Assembly (NCBI GenBank): GCA_965248645.1
Contig: OZ252113.1
Coordinates: forward strand, 155,522-219,521
Reading direction: 5' to 3'
From: Acidobacteriota bacterium
GTDB lineage: Bacteria > Acidobacteriota > UBA6911 > RPQK01 > G965248645
DNA: 64,000 bases
A program made the position numbers and the translations under genes. The notes under the pieces were generated by a model, which was not told the DNA's origin, searched no databases, and saw nothing but the letters and a program-made list of their open reading frames with translations. Shown one piece after another: positions 11,658 to 21,835 of this stretch; position 1 is the stretch's first letter, and each line of letters begins with the position of its first letter.

Positions 11658-12748
11658 AAACACTGGGTATACTCTATGTTGATACAGAAGGGGTGTGGCG
11701 AGGCGGCCAGGAGCAGCTCTTCAGTCTAATGACAGGACTGAAGAGTCGGGGGCATCGAGTCGAGCTGGCCGTTCCCCTTGACGCGCCGTTAGGCGAGAAG
11801 GCGCGACAAGCAGGTGTGCCGATCTATGAGTTCCGTCAGCGGGGCGGATTGAGTTTACTCGCCTTTTTGCGCTTATGGTTCATTTTGCGCAAGGGATCTT
11901 TTGACATCATCCATTTCAACACCCCTCGTTCCATTGTGATGGGTGGGCTGGCCTCGCGGCTTTGCCGTACGCCGGTTCGCATCTCGTCGCGGCGAGTCAA
12001 TTTTCCGCTCCGGACAAAGGTGAGCCATTATAAGTACAATTGGATGCAGGAAAATGTGGTTACCGTATCTCTTAGCATTCGTCGAACCTTGTTGGAAGGA
12101 GGAGTTCGGCCAGAGTTAGTTACGGTCATTTACGAAGGTGTGGACGTCAATTGGATCGATCAGCAACGTCGTCCTCTCCTCCTGCGCCCGATGAAGGGTC
12201 CGGTAGTGGGCACCGTGGCCCATTTGAGTGAGGAAAAAGGACATCATATCCTTCTGAAAGCTGCTGCGTGCCTTGCTCCTCAGTTTCCAGAGGTCACTTT
12301 CCTACTGGTGGGAGAAGGTGAACTAGAGCAGGATCTGAAGAAGAGCGTGCAGAGATTAGGGATTGAGAAGCAGGTAGTTTTTGCCGGGTTTCGCTCAGAT
12401 AGCGAGGCCTGGATGAGGACATTTGACATCTTTTGCTTACCCTCTCGGTCAGAGGGTTTGAGTTCGGCTATTCTGGCGGCCATGGCAAGTCAACTTCCCG
12501 TCATCGCGACTCGAGTCGGCGGTATTCCCGAGTTAGTCGTAGACGGAGAAACTGGATTCTTGGTTTCCGCTAACCATCCACAGGAGCTGGTCCGGGCACT
12601 GGACCGACTTTTGAGATCGAGGAACCTGTGTCGGCGAATGGGTCAGGCAGGTCGGCGTCGGGTGCAGACCTACTTTACCCTCGATAGAAAACTTGACAAA
12701 ACGGAAAAACTATATCGGAAATTGCTCCGAGCGAGAGGCTTCAGTTAA
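11654..12748 (+). CDS. family 4 (GT-B) glycosyltransferase
   Basis: C-terminal 'E(G)LSSAILAAMASQLPVIATRVGGIPELV...GETGFLV' GT4 motif; start taken at the internal Met MKTLGILYV. Confidence 0.8.
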   Translation: MKTLGILYVDTEGVWRGGQEQLFSLMTGLKSRGHRVELAVPLDAPLGEKARQAGVPIYEFRQRGGLSLLAFLRLWFILRKGSFDIIHFNTPRSIVMGGLASRLCRTPVRISSRRVNFPLRTKVSHYKYNWMQENVVTVSLSIRRTLLEGGVRPELVTVIYEGVDVNWIDQQRRPLLLRPMKGPVVGTVAHLSEEKGHHILLKAAACLAPQFPEVTFLLVGEGELEQDLKKSVQRLGIEKQVVFAGFRSDSEAWMRTFDIFCLPSRSEGLSSAILAAMASQLPVIATRVGGIPELVVDGETGFLVSANHPQELVRALDRLLRSRNLCRRMGQAGRRRVQTYFTLDRKLDKTEKLYRKLLRARGFS

Positions 12749-12773
12749 CATACCGTTTGGTAAAAATGAGATC

Positions 12774-13517
12774 ATGAAGGGAATAATTCTGGCTGGTGGA
12801 TTAGGTACTCGCCTGCAACCCTTGACCAAAGTAACCAATAAGCATCTGCTCCCCGTGTATGACAAGCCTATGGTTTACTATCCCCTGGAAACCTTAGTGC
12901 GGGCTGGTATTCAGGATATTATGGTAGTGACGGGTGGCAACAATGCGGGTGATTTCTTGCGACTGTTGGGTGATGGAAAAGAGTTCGGTCTTCGCCACCT
13001 CCACTTTGCCTATCAGGATGGGGAGGGGGGAATCGCCGGTGCGCTTTCCCTTGCCGAGTACTTTGCTGCTGCTGATCTGTTGTGTGTGATCCTAGGAGAC
13101 AATATCCTGGAAAAGAGTATTCGTCCTTACGTCGAGAAGTTCAGAGATCAGGGGCAAGGTGCCAAGATTCTTTTGAAAGAAGTCCCTAACCCTCAACGTT
13201 TTGGTGTTCCCGAGCTGCAGGGAGATCAGGTCGTCAAGATCCAGGAAAAACCTTGTATATGTCCCTCCAAGTTTGCTGTTACGGGAGTGTATATGTACGA
13301 TCGAAAGGTTTTCGATATCATTCGGACCTTGCAACCTTCAAAGCGAGGGGAACTGGAAATCACCGACGTGAACAACCAGTATATCCGCTGGAAGGAGATG
13401 AGTTACGACGTTTTGGACGGCTGGTGGACCGATGCCGGAACGATAGAATCGCTCTTAGGTGCTAGTAATCTGGTTGCGCAGCGATGTAAACAAAGAGACG
13501 GGAAACCAGCTGGATGA
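12774..13517 (+). CDS. rmlA: glucose-1-phosphate thymidylyltransferase
   Basis: 'MKGIILAGGLGTRLQPLT' nucleotidyltransferase N-terminus; start at internal Met. Confidence 0.9.
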   Translation: MKGIILAGGLGTRLQPLTKVTNKHLLPVYDKPMVYYPLETLVRAGIQDIMVVTGGNNAGDFLRLLGDGKEFGLRHLHFAYQDGEGGIAGALSLAEYFAAADLLCVILGDNILEKSIRPYVEKFRDQGQGAKILLKEVPNPQRFGVPELQGDQVVKIQEKPCICPSKFAVTGVYMYDRKVFDIIRTLQPSKRGELEITDVNNQYIRWKEMSYDVLDGWWTDAGTIESLLGASNLVAQRCKQRDGKPAG

Positions 13518-13573
13518 TGGCCTGGTAAAGTGGGTACCTCGTACTGGTTGTCCAGCCAGCAGAGGGATGGACA

Positions 13574-14602
13574 ATGCGCTTATTTGTGACTGGGGGAGCA
13601 GGTTTTATTGGTTGTAACTTTATCCGTCATGTTCTGGGTGTCCAGCGCAGTGTTTGGGTGATCAACTTCGACAAACTGACCTACGCTGGCAGTATGGAGA
13701 ATCTTGCCGGCTTGTCCGAGGATCCCCGCTACACCTTCATCCGGGGAGATGTAGCGAATGCGCAGGAGGTCGAAGCGGCTTTGAACCCAAGGGTTGATGC
13801 CATCATCAACTTTGCTGCCGAAACTCATGTGGACCGTAGTATACTGGACGCATCCGCTTTTGTCCGAACCAATGTCGTAGGGACCCAGATTCTTTTGGAG
13901 GTAGCTCGCCAAAGAAAAATTCCCTGCTTCATCCAAATCTCCACGGACGAGGTTTATGGATCACTAGGTCCTAAGAGCCGATCCCAGGAGGAGGATCGAT
14001 TGGCTCCCAATAGTCCATATGCTGCCAGTAAGGCAGCAGGTGAGCTGCTTGCTCGATCTTATCACAAGACCTACGGACTGCCGGTCATCGTTACGCGCAG
14101 TAGCAACAATTACGGCCCCTACCAATTCCCCGAAAAATTTATCCCATTGATGATAGTCAATGCTCTCGAGGAGAAACCCCTACCTGTCTACGGCGACGGC
14201 CTTCACAGGAGAGACTGGATCCATGTAAAGGATCACTGTAGAGCCTTGGAGCAAGTCTTGCTCCGAGGCCAACCGGGGCGTGTGTACAATATTGGCGCCA
14301 ACCAGGAAAGGTCAAATCTGGAAGTGGTGCGTCGTATTCTAGAGATCCTCCAAAAACCGCTAGGTCTCATTAGGTTGGTCGATGATCGCCCGGGTCATGA
14401 CCGCCGCTACGCAATGGATACCCATCGTGTCCGAGAACAATTTGGATGGTCTCCACACATTCCCTTGGACCGAGGTTTAGGGGAAACGATCCAATGGTAT
14501 CGTCAACATCCGGAGTGGATACGACACGTTCGCAGCGGCTCCTATTTCAATTATTATCGTCGCATGTACGAAGAACGGGCCGAGACCTTAACCAATCTGT
14601 AA
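13574..14602 (+). CDS. rmlB: dTDP-glucose 4,6-dehydratase
   Basis: 'LFVTGGAGFIGCNF' Rossmann motif, 'YAASKAAGE' YxxxK catalytic motif. Confidence 0.9.
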   Translation: MRLFVTGGAGFIGCNFIRHVLGVQRSVWVINFDKLTYAGSMENLAGLSEDPRYTFIRGDVANAQEVEAALNPRVDAIINFAAETHVDRSILDASAFVRTNVVGTQILLEVARQRKIPCFIQISTDEVYGSLGPKSRSQEEDRLAPNSPYAASKAAGELLARSYHKTYGLPVIVTRSSNNYGPYQFPEKFIPLMIVNALEEKPLPVYGDGLHRRDWIHVKDHCRALEQVLLRGQPGRVYNIGANQERSNLEVVRRILEILQKPLGLIRLVDDRPGHDRRYAMDTHRVREQFGWSPHIPLDRGLGETIQWYRQHPEWIRHVRSGSYFNYYRRMYEERAETLTNL

Positions 14603-14675
14603 ATCTGGACGCGATTCCGTTACCGACTGGGTTGCATTCAGCTCGGAAATTGGTGAGCGAAATCAATCCCACATA

Positions 14676-15536
14676 ATGAAAGTCGCAATCACGGGTGCAA
14701 CGGGAATGCTGGGTCAAGCTCTATTTGCAGCGTTCGAATCCCGTCACGTAACCTACCCTTTCTCGTCACAGAGTTTGGAGGTTACTTCGTTGGATCAGGT
14801 GCGTCAGGTTCTCAAGAATTTAAAACCGGACTGGGTTATTCATGCCGCTGCCTACACCCAAGTTGACCGTGCTGAGTCAGAGTCAATGGAAGTCTACCGG
14901 GTGAACGTTCTCGGTACACGCAATGTGGCAACGGTGGCGGCGGAGCTTGGTTGCGGTCTCCTCTACTATAGTACAGACTATGTTTTCGATGGTCGTGGAA
15001 CGAGACCCTACCGCGAATGGGACCAGACGTGTCCCGTGAACGAATACGGTCGATCGAAATTAGCAGGAGAATTTGTTGTACGCTCGCTATGCCCTTTCCA
15101 TTTGATTTTGCGTACGAGCTGGCTGTTCGGGCCGGGGGGATGTAGTTTTGTGACCAAGGTACTCGACAAAATCCAAGAAAAAGAGTGCTTTAAAGTAGTT
15201 GATGACCAGAGAGGCTCGCCCACCTTCACCCAGGACTTGGCTAAAATGACCTCGCAGCTGATGGAGAAGGCAGTCCGCGGTACCTATCACATCACCAACA
15301 GAGGAGAATGTAGCTGGTACCAGTTTGCCAAGAAAATCATCGCTTTCCAAGGATCGCAAAGGAAGGTTCATCCGGTCAGTGCCAGTAGCCTATCGTTGCC
15401 CGCCCGGCGTCCCGTTTACTCGGTGCTGGACAATTGCGTTCTGAAATTGGAGGGGATGAGTCCTCTTCGATCCTGGGAGGAGGCGCTGGCTGAGTTCTTG
15501 AACGGGTGTGAAAATGACAAGTCAACTTGTAGTTAG
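14676..15536 (+). CDS. rmlD: dTDP-4-dehydrorhamnose reductase
   Basis: 'MKVAITGATGMLG', 'YGRSKLAGE' RmlD-type short-chain reductase. Confidence 0.85.
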   Translation: MKVAITGATGMLGQALFAAFESRHVTYPFSSQSLEVTSLDQVRQVLKNLKPDWVIHAAAYTQVDRAESESMEVYRVNVLGTRNVATVAAELGCGLLYYSTDYVFDGRGTRPYREWDQTCPVNEYGRSKLAGEFVVRSLCPFHLILRTSWLFGPGGCSFVTKVLDKIQEKECFKVVDDQRGSPTFTQDLAKMTSQLMEKAVRGTYHITNRGECSWYQFAKKIIAFQGSQRKVHPVSASSLSLPARRPVYSVLDNCVLKLEGMSPLRSWEEALAEFLNGCENDKSTCS

Positions 15537-15963
15537 GAACAAGAAAGCCTACCACAACTACCAGATCCTGGATCGGTATGAGGCCGGGATCGTCTTGACC
15601 GGGACGGAAGTGAAGTCCATTCGCAACCATAGAGTAAATTTGAAAGATGGCTATGCAAAGATTAAAGATGGTGAGCTGTGGCTTGAACATTGCCACATTA
15701 GCTCTTACAGCCACCGTGGATTCGCCGATCACGATCCTGTGCGTTCCCGTAAACTTCTCCTTCATCGGCGGGAGATCAACAAACTTGTTGGAAAAACGAC
15801 GCGGAAGGGATTTACGATTGTTCCCCTCTGCCTCAAATGGAAGCGGGGCCGAGTCAAGGTCGAGATCGCAGTGGCTCGCGGAAAGCACCTGTATGACAAG
15901 CGCGAGGCAGCTCGGCGTCGGGTTATCGAGCGAGAAATCCAGGCGGAATTAAAGGGAGTCTAG
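15508..15963 (+). CDS. smpB: SsrA-binding protein
   Basis: 'NKKAYHNYQILDRYEAGIVLTGTEVKS...LLLHRREI' SmpB signature. Confidence 0.85.
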   Translation: MKMTSQLVVRNKKAYHNYQILDRYEAGIVLTGTEVKSIRNHRVNLKDGYAKIKDGELWLEHCHISSYSHRGFADHDPVRSRKLLLHRREINKLVGKTTRKGFTIVPLCLKWKRGRVKVEIAVARGKHLYDKREAARRRVIEREIQAELKGV

Positions 15964-16046
15964 GAGAAGATAAAGTCTATCTGACTCCTGAAGTTTCGGG
16001 TAATAGACTGGTGTAAAAAGACAGCCTGGTTAATATTAAGGAGGCT

Positions 16047-17534
16047 TTGCGGATCGAAATGAAAATACGACTTATGAAGGCTGACTTGGCCAGCTTGGAA
16101 TGTGATGCCCTGATTGTTCCCTTGTTCGAGGATGATCGTTTAGATGGCCCTCTCCCCTCCCGTTTGAATCAAAAGCTGGGTGGTTTGTTGGGAGAATTGA
16201 GGGTGAGTAAGGAGTGGAAAGGCCAAGCAGGGGAGATTCTGGTGATCTATCGACCGGATCAACTGAAAGCGGCTCGAGTGATTCTGCTGGGACTGGGAAA
16301 ACGAGCGGCATACAGAACTCGAATTCTTCGTAACCTGGTCCAACAAACCATCGAACGGCTCAGGGGCTATGATCTCAAGAGAGTGGTCGTGTTCCTGGGT
16401 GGGGAGATTGATGCTACCAGGGCCACTCAAGCGGCAGTTGAAGGGACAATTTTGGGCAGCCATTCCAGTGACGCTTTTAAAACTCAAAATAGAGCCGAGG
16501 TGTTTACCGAAGAAATTGTTCTAGCCACTGATGGGAAGTTGGATGTAGATGTGGCGGAGAAGGCGATGGAGCGAGGTAGAATTCTTGGTCGAGCAACTAA
16601 TTTGGCCCGAGATCTGGTCAATCAACCTGGCAACTGCATGACCCCGACCAGATTTTCTGAGAAGTGTTGTGAAATCGCCGAAGGGTGCGGTTTAGAGATT
16701 GAAGTGCTTGGTGAGCCTGAGATGAAGGAGCGGGGAATGAACGCAATCCTCGCGGTGGCTCGGGGGAGTGAAGAACCCGCTCGATTTGTCGTCCTGAGAC
16801 TTTGGGGCGCCTCGGAAAGGGATGCCAAACCCATTGTTTGGATTGGCAAGGGAGTTACCTTCGACAGCGGTGGTCTCTCTTTGAAATCGGCTCACTCCAT
16901 GGAAGACATGAAATCAGATAAGGCAGGGGCGTGTGCTGTTTTGGCCGCTATGCAGTCTGCTGCTCAATTGCAGATCGAGGAAAACATAGTTGGTCTCTTG
17001 GCCATCGTTGAAAATCTGCCGAGTGGACGAGCCCAGAGGCCGGGGGATGTGATTCATTCTTTCAGTGGGAGAACCATAGAGGTCGTCAATACCGACGCGG
17101 AAGGAAGGCTGATTTTAGCCGACGCACTTCATTTCGCTGGGCAACTGCGGCCACAGTATGTAATCGATATTGCTACCCTGACCGGAGCCTGTGCCGTGGC
17201 CTTAGGCAATATTCGTGCGGGTGTATTTTGCAATGATGATGAGGTCTACCAAAAACTGGTTTGTGCGTCCAAGCGCTCCGGGGAGCGAATGTGGAGGTTG
17301 CCCTTGGATGATGACTACCGCAAAGAGCTCGAGAGTGCCGTTGCTGATCTCAAGAATGTTGGGAACCGTTGGGGAGGAGCTATCACAGCGGCCAAGTTCC
17401 TACAGGAGTTTGTCGGATCAACGCCTTGGATACACATGGATATAGCCGGAGTCGACCTGATCAAAGAAGGTCCTGAGCTAAAAGGGTCCACTGGTTTTGG
17501 CGTACGAACCTTAGTGGAAATGGCTCTGCAGTAA
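16047..17534 (+). CDS. pepA: leucyl aminopeptidase (M17 family)
   Basis: 'NTDAEGRLILADAL' M17 signature; 'GKGVTFDSGGLSLK'. Confidence 0.9.
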   Translation: MRIEMKIRLMKADLASLECDALIVPLFEDDRLDGPLPSRLNQKLGGLLGELRVSKEWKGQAGEILVIYRPDQLKAARVILLGLGKRAAYRTRILRNLVQQTIERLRGYDLKRVVVFLGGEIDATRATQAAVEGTILGSHSSDAFKTQNRAEVFTEEIVLATDGKLDVDVAEKAMERGRILGRATNLARDLVNQPGNCMTPTRFSEKCCEIAEGCGLEIEVLGEPEMKERGMNAILAVARGSEEPARFVVLRLWGASERDAKPIVWIGKGVTFDSGGLSLKSAHSMEDMKSDKAGACAVLAAMQSAAQLQIEENIVGLLAIVENLPSGRAQRPGDVIHSFSGRTIEVVNTDAEGRLILADALHFAGQLRPQYVIDIATLTGACAVALGNIRAGVFCNDDEVYQKLVCASKRSGERMWRLPLDDDYRKELESAVADLKNVGNRWGGAITAAKFLQEFVGSTPWIHMDIAGVDLIKEGPELKGSTGFGVRTLVEMALQ

Positions 17535-17651
17535 CTGTCTAGTCTCGTCCATAAAGCCTGGCTGAGGTAATTTCCCACAAGTTCGACATCCCGCAGACGG
17601 ATTCTTCCTGCTCTCCCGAACCTTCTCTTTTTTTTACCATATAATGGTTGG

Positions 17652-18341
17652 ATGGGCTATTTGGAAACAGCTGGGCAGTTTGCCTTCTTGGATCGCAAGC
17701 GCCAGCTTTTGATGGGACACTCAAAGGAATTCCTAATCTTGCTCGAAGATTATCTGAGTGTTCCTTCATTGGAATTTGAACTGGCAAAGGGGGCCCAGTT
17801 TTCTTCGGTTGATCCCACAATCGAGCGTCAAGGTTTGGAGGCTCAGTTCCGTCATCTGTTTAGTCTGAAAAAGAAAGATCAAGAAGTTGGATGCCATGAT
17901 TTACTGGACCTACATCGGCATCTCGAGAGCTCGAACACCGATCCTATTCGTCGACACTTGGTCTCTCCTGTTTGCTCCACACATTCGCCTTTGGCTCCTC
18001 CTTTTATTCTTTCGGCGCTTGAACGTTTTTTCGAGTGGGTACACTGTGACGCCTTTGCGGAGATGCATCCAATCCAACAGATGACCCTCTCCCAGATGCG
18101 CCTATATGAGATTTATCCTTTCCAACATTTCTCGGACCATACAGTCTGCCTTTTTTCGTACCATTTTCTTCTCACCAATGACTATTTGACCCCCTTCTAC
18201 CGTCTGAGGGAGGTTGCCAAATTTCGCGAGTCCCTGGCGAAGGCTTTGGTCTTCTCAACTGAGGAACTCGTGATCCTGAATGCCCGAGCCTGTGAGCGAT
18301 CTTATGATGTCATTCTGAAGAAAATGGGAAAGTCAGACTGA
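17652..18341 (+). CDS. hypothetical protein; possible Fic/Doc-like fold with degenerate active-site motif
   Basis: 'IYPFQHFSDHTVCLF' aligns loosely to the Fic HPFx(D/E)GNGRxxR motif, with catalytic His/Asp/GNGR replaced. Confidence 0.35.
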   Translation: MGYLETAGQFAFLDRKRQLLMGHSKEFLILLEDYLSVPSLEFELAKGAQFSSVDPTIERQGLEAQFRHLFSLKKKDQEVGCHDLLDLHRHLESSNTDPIRRHLVSPVCSTHSPLAPPFILSALERFFEWVHCDAFAEMHPIQQMTLSQMRLYEIYPFQHFSDHTVCLFSYHFLLTNDYLTPFYRLREVAKFRESLAKALVFSTEELVILNARACERSYDVILKKMGKSD

Positions 18342-18368
18342 AAACAGGTGTGGGAAATGGCGTGCTAA

Positions 18369-18716
18369 CTATGATTCGCACCGGTCATTGGAGAGACTAA
18401 GAAGGTCACCGTTTCTGTCTTGATATTCCTTATGAAGATACTTGATCGTGTGTCTGAGAATTAAGAGATTAGGTCCTGTTTCCCGGTTTACCTTGATGCT
18501 ATCCTTGTCATACCATTCAATCACTCCGTGGATTTCTTCTCCATCCATGAGCTTGACCACCATTGGTGTTCTACCGGCCATTTGCTTGAGGTAGTAGTAT
18601 TGCTCGGCATGAGTCTGCTCGGGGGGCATTCGTTTTTTCTGAGCGTCACTAGACTTCACTGAGGTCTGCTCCCGAAGATCCGACAGTGATGGACGAATCA
18701 ATTTTCGGTTGACCAT
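18369..18716 (-). CDS. Sm-like / Hfq-like small RNA-binding protein (tentative)
   Basis: 'VVKLMDGEEIHGVIEWYDKDSIKV...NLLILRHTIKYL' resembles the Sm1/Sm2 pattern of Hfq/LSm. Confidence 0.4.
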   Translation of the reverse strand: MVNRKLIRPSLSDLREQTSVKSSDAQKKRMPPEQTHAEQYYYLKQMAGRTPMVVKLMDGEEIHGVIEWYDKDSIKVNRETGPNLLILRHTIKYLHKEYQDRNGDLLSLSNDRCES

Positions 18717-18877
18717 ACTCTACTCCAGCCTCCAAACCCCCGCTAAAATGGTGTGTGGTTGTAATGCTCGAGATGCTTAAGGAAAAGTAATTTTCCCTCT
18801 ATGTATTGCCCACAGTCTAGCATCATAGCCATCGTTTGACAAGCGAAAAAAAATAGGGTAGGTTTGCCAGCCACACC

Positions 18878-19291
18878 GTGCCAATGTTGTTCAAGCTCTT
18901 TACTTTAGTCGTGGTTTCCTTATTGGGGGCACAAGAGAAAAAGCCGTCCCGAAAACCTGTGCTCATTCGCCCAGACAAAACTGAAGCGAAAGACGAAACG
19001 GCGACTGTGCTCCTTGATGTCCAATTGGCCAGGAAGCATCTGGGGATTGGCGATTTTTATTTTAAACGAGGCAACTATGAGGCGGCAAAACAGCGCTATG
19101 CTGACGCGATTCGATACAGTCCGAAATGGGCCAAGAGTTACGCAAAACTAGTCCGAACCCTGGAGAGGCTAGATGCGATTCCGGCAGCTGCTAAGATTTG
19201 TGATCAGTTTGTTAAAGCAAACCCTTCCTCTGGGGACTCCAAGCAATTTCGTAATTGGGCTGAGAGACTGCGAGCGAGTTTTGAGAAATGA
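18878..19291 (+). CDS. small secreted TPR-like hypothetical protein
   Basis: Signal peptide; one or two TPR-like helices ('GDFYFKRGNYEAAKQRYADAIRYSP'). Confidence 0.5.
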   Translation: MPMLFKLFTLVVVSLLGAQEKKPSRKPVLIRPDKTEAKDETATVLLDVQLARKHLGIGDFYFKRGNYEAAKQRYADAIRYSPKWAKSYAKLVRTLERLDAIPAAAKICDQFVKANPSSGDSKQFRNWAERLRASFEK

Positions 19292-19328
19292 TAGTGGTTA
19301 GTGTGAACTGTGACCCGGCGATCTCAGA

Positions 19329-19997
19329 TCAAGAGCCTGGCCCACAGTTCCCGCCGTTACAATCGCGCTCAACTTCATAATTCAGGCAGCATTTTAGGCG
19401 ACCACACATGCCAGACAAACGTCCCTGGCTCATGGCCAGCTTTTGTTGCTTCACAGCCTTTACACTCACCGATTTCAACTCCTTGAGAAAAGTTGAGGAG
19501 CAATTCTGACCTAAGCCACAACAACCTTGGCCACCGATGAGCTTAGCTTCGTCACGGGCTCCAATCTGCCGCATTTCAACGCGCGTACGAAGTTTTCGAG
19601 CCAGATCTTTAACGAGGTCGCGGAAGTCCACTCGTCGATTAGCTGTAAAATAGAAAATCACGCGGCTTCCATCGAAAATGTACTCTACTCGTGAAAGTTT
19701 CATGGGGAGTTTTCTTCCCCTGATCCGCTGCCGATAGAGACGGTATGCAAACTCTTCACGATCCTGTTTCTTGCTGTATAAATAGAGATCACGCTCTGTT
19801 GCTTTACGCAATACCTTGTGAGTTTTTTCAAATGCTAGATTTAGGCTCTTAACCGGCCCTCCGCCGATGACAATGCCTAATTCTACCCCTCGGTCCGTGG
19901 TGATGACACAGCGATCACCGATGCGGAGGTTGTTCTCATGGGTTAAGACTTCCGAGGTCGTCTTGTTAGCCGCATATCTTATCGTTATGACTTCCAT
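19329..19997 (-). CDS. PSP1 C-terminal domain protein (YaaT/RicT-like)
   Basis: Cys-rich C-terminus ('CCGLGQNC...CGRLKCCLNYE'); conserved position downstream of holB. Confidence 0.8.
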   Translation of the reverse strand: MEVITIRYAANKTTSEVLTHENNLRIGDRCVITTDRGVELGIVIGGGPVKSLNLAFEKTHKVLRKATERDLYLYSKKQDREEFAYRLYRQRIRGRKLPMKLSRVEYIFDGSRVIFYFTANRRVDFRDLVKDLARKLRTRVEMRQIGARDEAKLIGGQGCCGLGQNCSSTFLKELKSVSVKAVKQQKLAMSQGRLSGMCGRLKCCLNYEVERDCNGGNCGPGS

Positions 19998-20980
19998 AGG
20001 TGCTTTTCAGTAAGTCTCCTCAACCATAGAGTCTCAAAAGACATCAGTGGATTCACATACCCTTCAACTTGCCTCTTGGCCTGGTTAATATCATAAAGGA
20101 AGTCCTGGAGTTGTTCCAGGGTAAGCCCCTGACAAAGTGGGCGCAGCTGGTCGATACAATCTTGATTAACCACCCGGGATTCCATTTCTATTTGCAAGAA
20201 ATAGAGGTCTTCACACAATGTCTGCAGCAGCTCTAAGTAACATCGAACTCGGTCACGCTTTTTGAGGTCGCCTTTCAAGGAGGGTCGTTCACAGCGTTCA
20301 TACAGCGGGCTGAAGGATTTTCCGTTAGCCCATAGGATCAAAAGTTCCAGCATTTGCTTCCGATCCTCTACCATTTTTCCGAGATCAATAGACAAAGCTC
20401 GACCGATACTGCCTTCAGAGAAGTTGGCCCGTTGCTGCGGGTTGTCGATGCCGGAGCGGTTCATGAGATGGTAGCAGACCTGATCCCGACTGAGCGGTCT
20501 GAAAGAGAAGCTCTGGCAGCGGGACCGTACGGTGTCGAGCAATAGAGAGGGCAAAGCACTCACCAAAACAATCTTCGAAGTCTGGGGCGGTTCCTCCAGT
20601 GTTTTCAAAATGGAGTTAGCTGCTTCCTCGGTCATTTTCTCGGCCTGATCTAGGATGAAAAAACGCAGCTTGCCCTCAAAAGGGCGGAAGTGGGCTTCTC
20701 TGCTCAACCTCCGTATACATTCGATGCCGATGGAGCTGTCCCCGGGGGAAACCAGTTGGATATCCGGATGGTGGTTCGCCAGGGACTTCAGACAGGAGGG
20801 GCAAAGGCCACAAACATCGCCATGCTGGCGATGTTTGCAGTTGGCCAGGCGAGCTAGGCCGAGGGCCAGTGTTTTTTTCCCCACACCTTCAGGTCCCACA
20901 AAGAGGCTGGCCTGAGGTAGGCTCGCTGCGCGTAGCCGGTTTACTAGTCTCTCGTTGCCTACAAAATCTCCTAACTTCAC
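19985..20980 (-). CDS. holB: DNA polymerase III delta' subunit
   Basis: Walker-A-like 'GPEGVGKKT', zinc module 'CGLCPSC', 'FILDQAEKMTEEAANSILKTLEEPP'. Confidence 0.85.
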   Translation of the reverse strand: MKLGDFVGNERLVNRLRAASLPQASLFVGPEGVGKKTLALGLARLANCKHRQHGDVCGLCPSCLKSLANHHPDIQLVSPGDSSIGIECIRRLSREAHFRPFEGKLRFFILDQAEKMTEEAANSILKTLEEPPQTSKIVLVSALPSLLLDTVRSRCQSFSFRPLSRDQVCYHLMNRSGIDNPQQRANFSEGSIGRALSIDLGKMVEDRKQMLELLILWANGKSFSPLYERCERPSLKGDLKKRDRVRCYLELLQTLCEDLYFLQIEMESRVVNQDCIDQLRPLCQGLTLEQLQDFLYDINQAKRQVEGYVNPLMSFETLWLRRLTEKHLWKS

Positions 20981-21052
20981 AGCGATTAGATTCGAGTCTG
21001 AATGGTCACTAGTAAGGGTAAAGGTTCCTAATTCTCATTCTGGGATCTTTTT

Positions 21053-21694
21053 CTACAGTACTTCGTGTCGCCGAAGATGAATCAAGACTTGCTGGAAAAC
21101 TTCCTCAAACGAGCCAGTGGCGTCAATCACACGAATCCGCTCGGGATCTCGCTTCGCCAGCCGATGATATCCTTCTCGGACTTTGTGGTGAAAATCCAGG
21201 GTTTCTTGTTCGAAACGGCTCCACATTTCCTGATTTTCTCGAGCATTTCGGGAGCGAGCTCGTTGGAGACCCACGGACACTTCAACATCGAGAAACAAGG
21301 TCAAATCTGGCATTCTGATAGCTAAAATTTCAGCCAAGCTATCGACGACGGAAAAACCCAGGTCTCGAGCGTGTCCCTGATAGGCAAGAGTTGCATCATG
21401 GTAGCGATCGGAAATCACATGTTGACCTTGGGAAAGTGCTGGTTCGATGACCTCTCGGAGATGTTGGAATCGATCAGCCAGATAGAGTAACAATTCAGTG
21501 ATAGGTTGGCGAGTCGGGCCTTCTTTGTACAGCAGAACCCGGCGCAGCTGCTGTCCGAAAAGAGTTCCTCCCGGCTCCCGCGTCGCAACGAAGGGAATCT
21601 CGCGGCTTCGAAACTCTTCTGCTAATCGTTCCAGTTGAGCACTCTTGCCTGCTCCTTCGACGCCTTCTACCGTGATGAACTTACTGCTCTTCAA
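21053..21694 (-). CDS. tmk: thymidylate kinase (start probably a TTG near 21694; the longer ATG-initiated ORF to 21778 overlaps divergent yggS)
   Basis: 'KFITVEGVEGAGKS' P-loop; 'DRY' motif region. Confidence 0.85.
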   Translation of the reverse strand: MKSSKFITVEGVEGAGKSAQLERLAEEFRSREIPFVATREPGGTLFGQQLRRVLLYKEGPTRQPITELLLYLADRFQHLREVIEPALSQGQHVISDRYHDATLAYQGHARDLGFSVVDSLAEILAIRMPDLTLFLDVEVSVGLQRARSRNARENQEMWSRFEQETLDFHHKVREGYHRLAKRDPERIRVIDATGSFEEVFQQVLIHLRRHEVL

Positions 21695-21835
21695 CTCCTC
21701 AGCCGTAACGGTGGCTTTCCCACTTTTGTCGGCGCTCCAAAAAAGAAAAAAATAGCTGGAATCGACGGGTATCTGCACGAACAGTTTCTTACACGCTTGT
21801 CTATGGTACCACAGCCGATTGGGTATACTAGGAAA

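Noticed and set aside
14731-14750. 'GTTCGAATCC' tRNA T-loop-like string
   Set aside because: Lies inside the well-supported rmlD coding sequence with no acceptor or anticodon arm context. Coincidence. No tRNA, rRNA or CRISPR repeats were recognised anywhere in the window by eye, though this scan is not exhaustive.
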